Positions 28,827 through 38,565 of a stretch of 64,000 nt of DNA are shown in pieces (position 1 is the stretch's first letter; every line of letters starts with the position of its first letter). The position numbers and the translations under genes are program-made. This DNA is from an uncultured virus (IMG/VR IMGVR_UViG_3300003937_000092) (lineage: Duplodnaviria > Heunggongvirae > Uroviricota > Caudoviricetes), in IMG/VR virus record IMGVR_UViG_3300003937_000092, positions 1 through 64,000 of that record; one strand, written 5' to 3'. Under the pieces are notes generated by a model. It worked only from the letters and a program-made list of their open reading frames with translations. It did not search any database and had not been told where the DNA came from.

Positions 28827-30224
28827 TTATATTTGTGATTCTGCTGTTACTACTAAATTAGAGAAACTCCATCCACCACCCTTATGTTCAACTGAACCTT
28901 CAGTCCAATTACATAATGTACCGTGTGAACATTCTCCACCCGTATCTTTGTACCACTTAGTTGGTTCATCATCACCAGGTGACCAATCACCGTGATATGA
29001 AGGTGTAAACCACCATCCTACTTCCATACCATCTTTTAATAAAGACATATCTAAAGTAGAACCATCACCAATAGATGGGTCAGTCATATCAAAAACTTTA
29101 ACACTACTATCTCCTTGAGAAAGTGTAATCACCATATTAGTATAATCACCATTAAAGACAGTAACCATATGAAATGGTTTAGTAGGGTCAATCTTACCAA
29201 CTAAACTGTGTACACCTCCAAGTGTTGATGATGTCATTTCATCCCAATTCCAACAATCAGTATTCGCAGCTTCAGTATATGAAACTTCCCACCTTTGTTT
29301 ACCCTTTTTAATTGTGTCTAAATGTAACGTATGTTGGAACATTTTATTACCGTTAGTCTCTAATAAATCAATTTCATTACAGAAGTCACATTGTTCGTAT
29401 TCCGCATCACAGTATTTATCACCAATAGGTTGTACGTCTCTAGTAACTAAGTACATCGCCGCGTTTAAGTAATCCGCGGTCCACCCTTTATTTTGTTGTA
29501 ACCCCGATAAGTCAATGTCAACTTCAATTTTACTGATATTTTTATATCCATTTTTTGAACACACTCTACCTGCCGCAGGATTTCCTTCTGTACCAAAACT
29601 TACACCACCAGAACTAACTATAGGGTTAGGTCCACATTTTTGATAATCAACATCAAATTCAGGTATAAAAGTTGTTTGAGTTGTCTCCTCAGGACATATA
29701 CATGGGTCTTTAAACGGACATGGACAACCCTCTATACCTACAGGACTCACTTTACCTGTAGTAGCATCAACACTCACAAAACCTTTACTAGTCGTGAAAA
29801 TGTACTGTGCAAAGTTAAATCCTGGTTCTAACGGTCTTCTTAAGACTACTTCAGACCAATCAGCAACTCCTTCAACTCCTGTACCATATCCCGCGTCCAA
29901 TAATAATTGTTCAGCATCCTCTAAAGTAAGTTTTACAGGTAATTTTATTACCTCATCTTCCATAAATGGAGAATTAATCACTTTAGATTTTGTCTTCCCA
30001 TTAGAATCACACAACACCTCAATAGTAGTGTTGTTAACACCCGCGAATACCGATTTAACACCCGTTAATTCTTTAGTTGCAGTTGATTCATAAAATAAAG
30101 CGGTAGTATCAATACTTTTTGCCGCTTCCTGTGTTTGATTTACCATCTCATTGAAAGTTAAATCGTTTTGTTGAGTACATCCAATTAAGAGTAATCCCAA
30201 CATCATTGTTAATAGTTTTTTCAT
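28827..30224 (-). CDS. Lipoprotein with PepSY-like region and clan GH-B (GH7-like) glycoside hydrolase domain
   Basis: Lipobox LLIGC; VSVDATTGKV; VDIDLSGL, LNAAMYLV, YCDA, CNEIDLLETN, IDPTKPFHMVTVF, SFSNL. Confidence 0.7.
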   Translation of the reverse strand: MKKLLTMMLGLLLIGCTQQNDLTFNEMVNQTQEAAKSIDTTALFYESTATKELTGVKSVFAGVNNTTIEVLCDSNGKTKSKVINSPFMEDEVIKLPVKLTLEDAEQLLLDAGYGTGVEGVADWSEVVLRRPLEPGFNFAQYIFTTSKGFVSVDATTGKVSPVGIEGCPCPFKDPCICPEETTQTTFIPEFDVDYQKCGPNPIVSSGGVSFGTEGNPAAGRVCSKNGYKNISKIEVDIDLSGLQQNKGWTADYLNAAMYLVTRDVQPIGDKYCDAEYEQCDFCNEIDLLETNGNKMFQHTLHLDTIKKGKQRWEVSYTEAANTDCWNWDEMTSSTLGGVHSLVGKIDPTKPFHMVTVFNGDYTNMVITLSQGDSSVKVFDMTDPSIGDGSTLDMSLLKDGMEVGWWFTPSYHGDWSPGDDEPTKWYKDTGGECSHGTLCNWTEGSVEHKGGGWSFSNLVVTAESQI

Positions 30225-30358
30225 TTTTGTTTTTTTGTTTTATCTTTATTTATTATATTGCCGTACTCATCACATAAAGGTGCGGTTATAATTTCATAAA
30301 TTATAAATATCCATGAAATTAAGAATGAACCTATGATTATTTTGATTAACATATTATT

Positions 30359-31972
30359 CTATTTTTCCGTATTCTTTTTTTCGTTTATATCAAAATTCTC
30401 CTTCTCATAACCCTCTATATCATTGTAAGCATAAGTCTCAAAATTAGGATTTGTTTCAACCCAAGTTTTATATTCATATTGGTTATTTTTATTAACAAAT
30501 ATCTCATTAACTCTTAATTTTCTTTCTTCTAATTCCATCAACTGTTGATGTAAGTATTCCCTTTGTTCTCTATATTCAGGTTTATAAGCTAAATTATGTG
30601 ATTCCTCAATATCGTTAACTAAGTCGTATAACTCATATTCTTTTTGATATCTACCTAATGAATCGAAATAATATGTGTACTTCCAATCATGTGTACGGAT
30701 TGCCCTTAATCTATTAGTTGCTTTAACAGAAGATGGTAAATTATTCGAACCCGACTTAGTATCATCAAAAGTAAATAATATAGAATCTTGAACTGATTTA
30801 CCTTCCTCAATTATTGGTATTAAACTCTCACCTCTTGAGTTACTGTCTTTAGGTACACCAACAATCTCAGATATCGTTGGGAATATATCAATAAGTGTTG
30901 CTAATTCATCTGACGATTCTTTTTTGTTAAACACAATAGGGTTTGATATCACCATAGGTATTCTTAACGCCTCTTCATAAGCAACAAAAGCCTTTTGTCT
31001 CATACCACCATGTGACATCCCCATCTCTCCGTGGTCCGCCAATCTTATAACCACCGCATCATCAGCGAGTCTACTACCTTTGGTATCATCATAAAGTACA
31101 TCAATAAATTTACCAATTTCACCATCAATCTTAGTTAGTAGGTATGCGTAAAAATTTAAGTAATTCAATTTCATATCATCATTTCGTAAGACACCTAATA
31201 AACCATCAGCAGCAATGTTTGTTTGTAATTGAGCCATAGGTTTACCATTTTTAAGTAATTGTTCCGTAACTGTAGGTGGTAAGTCGGTAATAGTTCTACC
31301 AGTATATTCATCGGGAGTATAACCAAATTGTACTGACTTTGGATAACCTAACACATCATGAGGATTTACTAAACTTAATACTAAACAATAAGGTTTTCTT
31401 GGTTCACCCTTTTGTCTACTGATTCTTACCTGTTCTAAATACTCTATACCTTCTTTCACATACCTTGCATCAGCATTTGGATAACCCCCACCAAAGTTTT
31501 CAGGTTTCGCATCTTCACCCGCATCAGGTCCAACCCAACCTTTAAACCCATAAAGTGATATTTCTTTAGCTAATGGGTCACCACCATCAGCACCTTTACT
31601 TAAATGCCATTTACCTCTGTATTGTACATCGTAACCGATACTATCTAACATCTTACCAATGTTATTACTTTTATTATTTAATTGTATTTCACCAGGTGAG
31701 TATATACCACCTGTTGTTAAGGTTTCAGTACATTGATGTTGTGATGGGTACGTACCAGTAAATAAAGTAGCTCTACTCGGTGTACACATACAACTATTAC
31801 AGAAGGCTTTATCAAATGTGAAACCATTATCTTTTAATTTAGTTAGTGTTGGTAGATTTTCTTGTTCCCATCCTTCAGGAAAGTACTGAGTGGCTCTCTC
31901 TTGGTCTGTTATTATTATTACAATATCAGGTTTATCAACAAGTAATTCTTTAAATTTGTTTTGTTTTTTCAT
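30359..31972 (-). CDS. Formylglycine-dependent (S1) sulfatase
   Basis: IITDQER, CTPSRATLFTG, GKWHL, NPHD, ADHGEMG..HG, ELYDLVND. Confidence 0.92.
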   Translation of the reverse strand: MKKQNKFKELLVDKPDIVIIITDQERATQYFPEGWEQENLPTLTKLKDNGFTFDKAFCNSCMCTPSRATLFTGTYPSQHQCTETLTTGGIYSPGEIQLNNKSNNIGKMLDSIGYDVQYRGKWHLSKGADGGDPLAKEISLYGFKGWVGPDAGEDAKPENFGGGYPNADARYVKEGIEYLEQVRISRQKGEPRKPYCLVLSLVNPHDVLGYPKSVQFGYTPDEYTGRTITDLPPTVTEQLLKNGKPMAQLQTNIAADGLLGVLRNDDMKLNYLNFYAYLLTKIDGEIGKFIDVLYDDTKGSRLADDAVVIRLADHGEMGMSHGGMRQKAFVAYEEALRIPMVISNPIVFNKKESSDELATLIDIFPTISEIVGVPKDSNSRGESLIPIIEEGKSVQDSILFTFDDTKSGSNNLPSSVKATNRLRAIRTHDWKYTYYFDSLGRYQKEYELYDLVNDIEESHNLAYKPEYREQREYLHQQLMELEERKLRVNEIFVNKNNQYEYKTWVETNPNFETYAYNDIEGYEKENFDINEKKNTEK

Positions 31973-32329
31973 GATGTATTTTTTTCTATTTTACACTCTA
32001 AATCATCCGCTAAAAAGTTTGGTGGGAAACCTGAAGATTATTTACATATACATAATTGGTTTGATGAAACTAAATCATGGATTGGAACATCTTTTCATCG
32101 AATATTTAGACACCATTCAGAAGGTATCTTTGAATGTGAGAAAACCTTTGGTGAGTCATTCTTAAATTCAGACGGTAAAGAAGTTTTTGTTCGTTACATA
32201 GGTGAACAACACGTTAAAGAAGATTGTAATAACTATATTCCATCAGCAAAAGAATGGGTAGATGCTTTAAATAATAAAGAAAAACCCTTATGGATGATGA
32301 AAACTATGAAATTAAAGTTTACTGACTAA
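31961..32329 (+). CDS. DUF6915-like protein, 5' end apparently missing
   Basis: HSKSSAKKFGGKPEDYLHIHNWFDETK...RHHSEGIF...IGEQHVKED; no in-frame ATG at the start. Confidence 0.7.
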   Translation: MFFHDVFFSILHSKSSAKKFGGKPEDYLHIHNWFDETKSWIGTSFHRIFRHHSEGIFECEKTFGESFLNSDGKEVFVRYIGEQHVKEDCNNYIPSAKEWVDALNNKEKPLWMMKTMKLKFTD

Positions 32330-32350
32330 TATTTATATATAAAAACTATC

Positions 32351-33022
32351 ATGGAACAGAAATACAAAGTACTATTTAATTTAATTAATCCGGCATTCTT
32401 AAAATCAGGGTGTAAAAAAGCCGTTATGGAGTTTGATGAAGCCTTCTCAATCTATCAAGATGGGTATTATTGTGGTTATCAAAATAGTGGTAGTCCAAAA
32501 AGTTTCTTAATTCCTATTGAACGTGAACTTAGTGAGTATGTTGAAGAGGCTGTCGGTGATAATACTTGGCACGAAGAGACAGGTAGTGAATACTACACTT
32601 ATGAAGTTGAAATTAACTCTGAATATAGAAGTGTTGAAATATTCGGAACCTACACAGTTTACGGTACCGAACCCATTAATGAAGTAGTAATAGATGAGGA
32701 AGAAGAACCAGAAGAATTTAAACCTATCTTTGATTACTTAAACGATGAAGGGTCCGACATATTAGAAGTTAATGTAGACGCTGGTGGAGATAGTGGTTGG
32801 ATTCACGACACAAACGATGACGTTAATGGTAATACTATACAAACTTCAGACCAAATGGAAGAAGTATGTTATAGACTATTAAACCAACATCCTGGATGGG
32901 AAATTAATGAAGGTTCTTACGCTAAGTTTACATTTGACCCACATAGACGTATTTTGATATGGGAATTCGCTTACAATACTGAAGAACAGGCAAGAGAATT
33001 AGTGTCTTCTGAAAAGTTTTAA
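32351..33022 (+). CDS. DUF6878-like protein
   Basis: DAGGDSGWI...PGWEINEGSYAKFTFD. Confidence 0.6.
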   Translation: MEQKYKVLFNLINPAFLKSGCKKAVMEFDEAFSIYQDGYYCGYQNSGSPKSFLIPIERELSEYVEEAVGDNTWHEETGSEYYTYEVEINSEYRSVEIFGTYTVYGTEPINEVVIDEEEEPEEFKPIFDYLNDEGSDILEVNVDAGGDSGWIHDTNDDVNGNTIQTSDQMEEVCYRLLNQHPGWEINEGSYAKFTFDPHRRILIWEFAYNTEEQARELVSSEKF

Positions 33023-33423
33023 GTTAATTTTTCACCAATTTTATCACCAAACATTAACTCACGTTTCCACTTTAAATCTTTGGATTTATAACTGAGGTAA
33101 CTCTCCACACCTGAAATTAATGCCCCTTCAAACGTATCGTAATCCAAATCAGAAACACCTAAGTTAGTTTCGTCACAAAGAATATCCTCCTCCTGTCCAA
33201 AATCATTTAAGTCTATAACTGAGTAATAATAAGAAAGTTCAGGACCTTCGCTCGCATCTCTAAAAGGTAAGGCGGTAATATAAATGTGTTGGTTACGTAA
33301 CCACGATAAAACATCATCCATATCAGGATATTTGTTCAAAGCGGTAACATCACCGACTTTTACGGTCTCAAAGGGGTAAACACATGTTTGTAGGTAGTTG
33401 AAGATTGTTTCAGTAATTCGCAT
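33019..33423 (-). CDS. Hypothetical phage protein
   Basis: WLRNQHIYI...YDTFEGALISG; TAAGTTTG promoter element upstream. Confidence 0.65.
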   Translation of the reverse strand: MRITETIFNYLQTCVYPFETVKVGDVTALNKYPDMDDVLSWLRNQHIYITALPFRDASEGPELSYYYSVIDLNDFGQEEDILCDETNLGVSDLDYDTFEGALISGVESYLSYKSKDLKWKRELMFGDKIGEKLT

Positions 33424-33464
33424 AAGATTATTTATTTTCTACAAACTTAAAATAAATAATGGAA

Positions 33465-34373
33465 TTAATCAACCTTTTTTGTTCGATTTTCACTAAAAGT
33501 AGTGCTATGTCCTAATTTAGGATGGTTAGACAGCGATTTAGAGTTGTAAATGGATTTGAAACTATTTTCATTAACTATGTTGTAATCGATACTATCTGAA
33601 TCTAAACCATATGGCTGTGTTATACTATCCACATAATCTCTAAGTACATCACCAATTTCATAACCTATTTCATCCAAAACACCCTTAACACTCTCAGGTA
33701 CATTATCGTTATTACTCCATAAATCACCTAACATATAAGTTTCACCATCATTCATTAAAGTTACAGATGAGTTTTCACCATTAATTGTAACCATAACATC
33801 ATAATACGCAACATATTCCGATGTGTCTGATAAGATATGATTGGTCTGACCCGTATAAATATCCATAGTCACCTCACTAATAATTCCCTCAATCTCATAA
33901 CCGGCTTGAGTATAATTAAATGGTTCACCAACCTTTAACTCTTTTTTAATTTTCTCATAAACATTATAAATCCCACCAAAGTATTCAATTTTATAAGCTA
34001 ATATTTTAGCTTTATCCTCCCTATTAGAACTGTCTAAACCTAAGTAATGGTAAATAGGTGTAGATTCAACACCTTTGTCGTCCCAATACTTAAATAATAA
34101 ATCTTTTTGCTTTTCGTTTTCCTGTAACGATTCCTCTTCCTTTGAGAAATAATCTTTATTCTTAATAAGAAAATCGTAGAAATATTCTAATGGTAGTTGT
34201 TTTTTTGTTCCTTCGTACTTTTGTGATAAGTCTTGATATACCTCATCTAACATACCCATCTTTAGACCTTTAATCAAGTCGCTAAATATATCAGCAAATA
34301 GTGCAAACATTTTTATGTCAACACCACTGTATCGTTCGTGAACTATATTTTCTAAGAGTTTAAGTAGTTTCAT
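33465..34373 (-). CDS. Hypothetical protein with LLKLLE leader
   Basis: MKLLKLLENIVHE; ATATTTAT upstream. Confidence 0.7.
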   Translation of the reverse strand: MKLLKLLENIVHERYSGVDIKMFALFADIFSDLIKGLKMGMLDEVYQDLSQKYEGTKKQLPLEYFYDFLIKNKDYFSKEEESLQENEKQKDLLFKYWDDKGVESTPIYHYLGLDSSNREDKAKILAYKIEYFGGIYNVYEKIKKELKVGEPFNYTQAGYEIEGIISEVTMDIYTGQTNHILSDTSEYVAYYDVMVTINGENSSVTLMNDGETYMLGDLWSNNDNVPESVKGVLDEIGYEIGDVLRDYVDSITQPYGLDSDSIDYNIVNENSFKSIYNSKSLSNHPKLGHSTTFSENRTKKVD

Positions 34374-34388
34374 TACAGATAAATATAT

Positions 34389-34979
34389 CTAAAATGTAGT
34401 TTGCCACTCTTTAAATTCTTTTCGGTCTTCTTTACTAATCCATAATTCATGACCTTCCAAAGAACTATGACTAACTTCTACCCAATTCGGTATTAATACT
34501 CGTTGATGGTTTTCCCATATATGATAGGTTAATTGTTCAATACTTTTTCTCAAATACTGAGCACTTTCAGGGAAATCTTCCATAACCATCTGTCTATAGA
34601 CCCCCCATTCATATTTATGACTTTGGTCTTTAACAAATTTATTTCTTTCAGAATATCTTTCAATACTATCCATATCTTTATACATAAAAACAACTAAAAC
34701 ATCTTGTAAGTAATCTGTTATTCTATGTAAATGTCCCGATTGTGAAGGACCAAAAGATGAGTACTTATCGTTCATATGATTTTTATGAAATGTTCTTATA
34801 CCATCTTCTTCATTATACCCATTTAAATCCCACGCATATTCACCTCTAACTTCAGGTAAATTAAAATCTTTAGATATTATTTTTGTCATTATCTTATTAC
34901 CCGCACCATGAGGTCCAGTGACAATAACTTTATTGTATTTACTAATAACTGACTTTAAATCTTTATATTCCTTACTCAT
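34389..34979 (-). CDS. P-loop / sulfotransferase-like protein
   Basis: VIVTGPHGAGNKIMTKII; VLVVFMYKD. Confidence 0.45.
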   Translation of the reverse strand: MSKEYKDLKSVISKYNKVIVTGPHGAGNKIMTKIISKDFNLPEVRGEYAWDLNGYNEEDGIRTFHKNHMNDKYSSFGPSQSGHLHRITDYLQDVLVVFMYKDMDSIERYSERNKFVKDQSHKYEWGVYRQMVMEDFPESAQYLRKSIEQLTYHIWENHQRVLIPNWVEVSHSSLEGHELWISKEDRKEFKEWQTTF

Positions 34980-35373
34980 CTTTTTTTATGTTTTCTAAAA
35001 TTATACCATTAATATTATCACCATATAAATTAGGGAACTCATGTTTTAAATCCTTTAACGGTATAACTAAACCTTCCCATTCTTCCTGTTCATGTATTTC
35101 ATTAACCATAAAATTATAAAAGTCTATACTCTGTTTAGACCTAAAAACTTCTCTTATTATTTTTTGTATATGAGTAAACTCTTTATTACGTAAATCAACA
35201 CCCGTAACGTTTTTAGCTCTACCCCATACAAATTTAACCCTTGAGTTTATATCCACCGTATGTGTTTCAACATTATCTTCAAACACATCTCTTAAATATA
35301 TTTCTTTATTGCCCTTTATCTCAAAAGTATAGTATCTTTGGATGAAGTTAATTACGTTTTTCTCCATTAACAT
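34972..35373 (-). CDS. Hypothetical protein
   Basis: ORF in operon. Confidence 0.6.
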   Translation of the reverse strand: MLMEKNVINFIQRYYTFEIKGNKEIYLRDVFEDNVETHTVDINSRVKFVWGRAKNVTGVDLRNKEFTHIQKIIREVFRSKQSIDFYNFMVNEIHEQEEWEGLVIPLKDLKHEFPNLYGDNINGIILENIKKDE

Positions 35374-35551
35374 CCTCTTTTAAGATAGAACAATAATAGT
35401 AATCACCAGTGTCTTTAAACTTATTAAATAAAAACTTTCTTACCGAATCAGAATCATATTCTTTAAGTAAGGTAGACGCGTAAAGGTGTTTAGCACTATC
35501 CCACACATCATCTCTTTCAATATTATCAATAAGAATTTGTTTACTTAACAT
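35348..35551 (-). CDS. Hypothetical protein
   Basis: ORF in operon. Confidence 0.55.
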   Translation of the reverse strand: MLSKQILIDNIERDDVWDSAKHLYASTLLKEYDSDSVRKFLFNKFKDTGDYYYCSILKEDVNGEKRN

Positions 35552-35554
35552 CGT

Positions 35555-36613
35555 TTAATTACTTAATGGAGCTTTAATAGTTGGTTTATAATTATAATTT
35601 ATTAATTCATAGTTGAATTCACCACCTAATAAATTAACACCTTTAAAGTTAATATGTGGTAAATCGTAACCTTCTCTCTTAATCTGTTCTTTAGCCTGAT
35701 TTAAATGATTTTGATATAAATGGACATCACCTAAATTACCTATTAATTGGTCTGGTATCATATGTACCTCTTTTGCAATTAACATAAGTAAAGTAGCATA
35801 TGAAGAAATGTTAAATGGTAACCCTAAGAATGTGTCTACAGACCTTTGGTTCCACATTAATGATATAGCTCTCTTTGGTGTTGGTTCGTGTCTTTTATCA
35901 TCAAAATCAGGTAGGTTTTTAGGGTCGAAATATCTTTCCATACCTGTCTCATAATTATTTTTGAACCAGTATTCATATCTCTCTTTATCAGTTAATAATC
36001 TAGTGTATATTTGAAACCCATAATGACATGGAGGTAAAGTCATTAAATCTAACTCCCCAACATTCCAAGCACTAACCATTAACCTTCTTGAGTCTGGATT
36101 CCTTTTAAGTTGTTCAAGTAAATTTTTAATTTGGTCAACACTTTTTTCGTTATAAACTTGTAACGTATCCCCTTCAAATACTTGCTCACCTTCTTGAAAC
36201 CATCCTCTCCACTGAGCACCATATACAGGACCTAACTCACCCCATGTCTTTGCAAATTCATCATCGGTTTTGATTCGTTCAATAAACTCATCCATAGTAT
36301 CAGGCCAATTACCTTTATACTCATTAGTTTTACTAATATAGTTTTTGAAAGCATCACCATTCCAAATGTTACATCCGTTGTCCACCAAGTACTTGATGTT
36401 GGTATCTCCTTTTAAGAACCACTTCAATTCAGTCATCATTGTTTTGACTGCCATCTTCTTTGTGGTAAGAAGAGGAAACCCTTCTTTCATATTATGTCTT
36501 ATAGTATAACCAAAAATAGACTTAGTACCCGTACCAGTCCTATCTGATTTATCTACACCATGTTCTAAAATAGTAGATAGTAATTCGTTATATTGTTTAT
36601 CAATACTATTCAT
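35555..36613 (-). CDS. thyA: Thymidylate synthase
   Basis: DRTGTGT, LGPVYGAQWR, LPPCHY, QRSVDTFLGLPFN, GDVHLYQNH. Confidence 0.97.
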   Translation of the reverse strand: MNSIDKQYNELLSTILEHGVDKSDRTGTGTKSIFGYTIRHNMKEGFPLLTTKKMAVKTMMTELKWFLKGDTNIKYLVDNGCNIWNGDAFKNYISKTNEYKGNWPDTMDEFIERIKTDDEFAKTWGELGPVYGAQWRGWFQEGEQVFEGDTLQVYNEKSVDQIKNLLEQLKRNPDSRRLMVSAWNVGELDLMTLPPCHYGFQIYTRLLTDKERYEYWFKNNYETGMERYFDPKNLPDFDDKRHEPTPKRAISLMWNQRSVDTFLGLPFNISSYATLLMLIAKEVHMIPDQLIGNLGDVHLYQNHLNQAKEQIKREGYDLPHINFKGVNLLGGEFNYELINYNYKPTIKAPLSN

Positions 36614-36618
36614 TTTAC

Positions 36619-36834
36619 TTATGAGTGTAAGTATTCAATAATAGTTGATTGTTGTGGTACTCTAATAATTGGAACACTCGGACCCGCAGGTTCTTGTTTT
36701 TGTCTAACTTCGTAATAGTTATTCCCATCATCTTTAATTGTTGTCACATTTGGATATTCAACAACATGAGTCTTTTCCATGTCAGGTTTATAAACCAAAG
36801 TATGTTTTTTTGTATTAAACGTTAATTTTATCAT
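36619..36834 (-). CDS. Hypothetical protein
   Basis: ORF upstream of thyA. Confidence 0.6.
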   Translation of the reverse strand: MIKLTFNTKKHTLVYKPDMEKTHVVEYPNVTTIKDDGNNYYEVRQKQEPAGPSVPIIRVPQQSTIIEYLHS

Positions 36835-36924
36835 CTTATATTATTTTTTAGTATTTTTAAGGCATTAAAAAACCTTTCTCCTAAAATAGAAGAAAGGTTA
36901 GTATTTGTCAATATATTATTTAAA

Positions 36925-37224
36925 TTAAGTTCCGATAACTAACTCGTCATAATTCAGTTTTTCCATACCTTTTAGCTCTTCCTCAGCCTCATCGTACATG
37001 AAAGATTTTACAACTGAAACAACACTCTGTTCTGATTGAGCAATTTTACTTTCCATCCAATCATCAAGTTGTTCACCTTCTTCCATTTGTTCCCACATTT
37101 TATATGCTAGTGTGGCTATTGTAAATAATTGTTGTTTTGCCATATAAGAACCATCATGAGAACCCTCTTTAATGTTTGACTTTAATTTACGTAATTGTGA
37201 TTCAGTTATTATTATGTTTGACAT
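36925..37224 (-). CDS. Hypothetical protein with ITESQL leader
   Basis: MSNIIITESQLRKLKSNIKEG...YMAKQQL...LDDWMESKI. Confidence 0.7.
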   Translation of the reverse strand: MSNIIITESQLRKLKSNIKEGSHDGSYMAKQQLFTIATLAYKMWEQMEEGEQLDDWMESKIAQSEQSVVSVVKSFMYDEAEEELKGMEKLNYDELVIGT

Positions 37225-37281
37225 ATCCGTTGGTATTTTATTATAAATATAGTTATATTAGTAAAATTGTAGATTATTAAT

Positions 37282-37311
37282 TAAAAAAGGTGAAGATTTC
37301 TCTCCACCTTT
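37282..37311 (-). terminator. Intrinsic terminator
   Basis: aaaaaaggtgaaga-tttc-tctccacctt. Confidence 0.65.
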
Positions 37312-37386
37312 AGGGACCGACTTTGGCTATCGGACTACTCCACCATCTCATTTAATCTAATAAGAAAATCTATCTTTCCTTCACCT

Positions 37387-37536
37387 CTAAACCATTTCTT
37401 CAATGATTCCTATTACTTCACTAACTATAAGTATAATACAAGCGGTAATCAAGTTAAAAGGAATAAAACCGTAACCAATAATTCTAACACCTGATTTAAT
37501 AAAACTTATAATTTTGTGCCACTTTTGATTTGGCAT
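37387..37536 (-). CDS. 49-aa membrane peptide (not in ORF track)
   Basis: MPNQKWHKIISFIKSGVRIIGYGFIPFNLITACIILIVSEVIGIIEEMV. Confidence 0.6.
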   Translation of the reverse strand: MPNQKWHKIISFIKSGVRIIGYGFIPFNLITACIILIVSEVIGIIEEMV

Positions 37537-37549
37537 ATGTTTAATATCA

Positions 37550-38029
37550 TCAATCATCCATACCTAATTTACGTTCAAAATAATTTGCATCTTCAATAAC
37601 CTCAGGGTTCTGTTTAATAGTTTGCATCGCAATCATATCTTTCATTCTTGTTGTTGACCATCCATGTGCTCTACTCGTGTAGATTACCTTTGGTGGTAAG
37701 TCATCACCCGTAAATGATTTACCAATATAATCTTCACCAAGAATTCTAATATCAGGTTCAAAGAATTTAATTAAATCATACAATTCTTCTTCAGTTTGAT
37801 ACACATAAACCTCATCAATATATTGAATTGCCATTAAGGTTCTATATCTTTCATATAATGGAACCACTGGTTTGTACTTGGATTTTCTATGTAACGATGG
37901 GTCTCTTTGTAAAAACACAATGAATTTATCACAATGTTTTCTTGCGTCTTCAAATGTGTAAATGTAACCCGGATGCATTAAATCAAAATTACCTGCTGTG
38001 AACCCTACAATTTCTTTTTTTTCACTCAT
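37550..38029 (-). CDS. Cytidylyltransferase (TagD/RfaE-like)
   Basis: GNFDLMHPG, LGEDY, RAHGWSTT. Confidence 0.85.
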   Translation of the reverse strand: MSEKKEIVGFTAGNFDLMHPGYIYTFEDARKHCDKFIVFLQRDPSLHRKSKYKPVVPLYERYRTLMAIQYIDEVYVYQTEEELYDLIKFFEPDIRILGEDYIGKSFTGDDLPPKVIYTSRAHGWSTTRMKDMIAMQTIKQNPEVIEDANYFERKLGMDD

Positions 38030-38217
38030 AATTTAAAACTTTCTTTATAATGTTTATCTTTTTTTACCACTTCATTTAAAGTTAGTAGTTGTGAAATATG
38101 ATAAGAACTATTATCTGTCATGTAAATAATAAATTGGTTTTCAATTTCTTCTATCTCATTAATTACCTTTATAGTTTTACTATCTCGTGGTATTACATAA
38201 TCACCTACCTTAAACAT
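38026..38217 (-). CDS. Hypothetical protein
   Basis: Overlapping start/stop with neighbours. Confidence 0.55.
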   Translation of the reverse strand: MFKVGDYVIPRDSKTIKVINEIEEIENQFIIYMTDNSSYHISQLLTLNEVVKKDKHYKESFKL

Positions 38218-38563
38218 TTTTAAGTTGTTTTAGTTTAATACCTAATAGGTCTAAAGTATTCTTATCCTTAACAGTTTTTTTAGCTTTTTTCTTAATCTCG
38301 TTGATTAAACCTTCAATATATTTAATCTCAGGATTAATTTCCTCAACAACCTTAACGGTCTTATCCATTTTAACCCCGTTTATCTTGTTTTTAAGGTACA
38401 CAGATAATAATTCTATGAGTTTATATGAGAAGTAGAATCCAAGACAAATAAGACCTGTTTCTACTAGTTTTTCTGTCCCTACAAAATGAACACCTACTAA
38501 CATAAAGATTAAAATAATAACCATTTTAATCATACTCCATAAATTATTAATTATTTTTACCAT
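38210..38563 (-). CDS. Hypothetical membrane protein
   Basis: Two TM segments. Confidence 0.6.
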   Translation of the reverse strand: MVKIINNLWSMIKMVIILIFMLVGVHFVGTEKLVETGLICLGFYFSYKLIELLSVYLKNKINGVKMDKTVKVVEEINPEIKYIEGLINEIKKKAKKTVKDKNTLDLLGIKLKQLKNV

Positions 38564-38565
38564 TT

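Noticed and set aside
37310..37352. Second 3'-UTR hairpin element as rRNA-complementary RNA
   Set aside because: Similar hairpin+terminator layout to 3716-3785, but only 7-9 nt rRNA-like matches, compatible with chance
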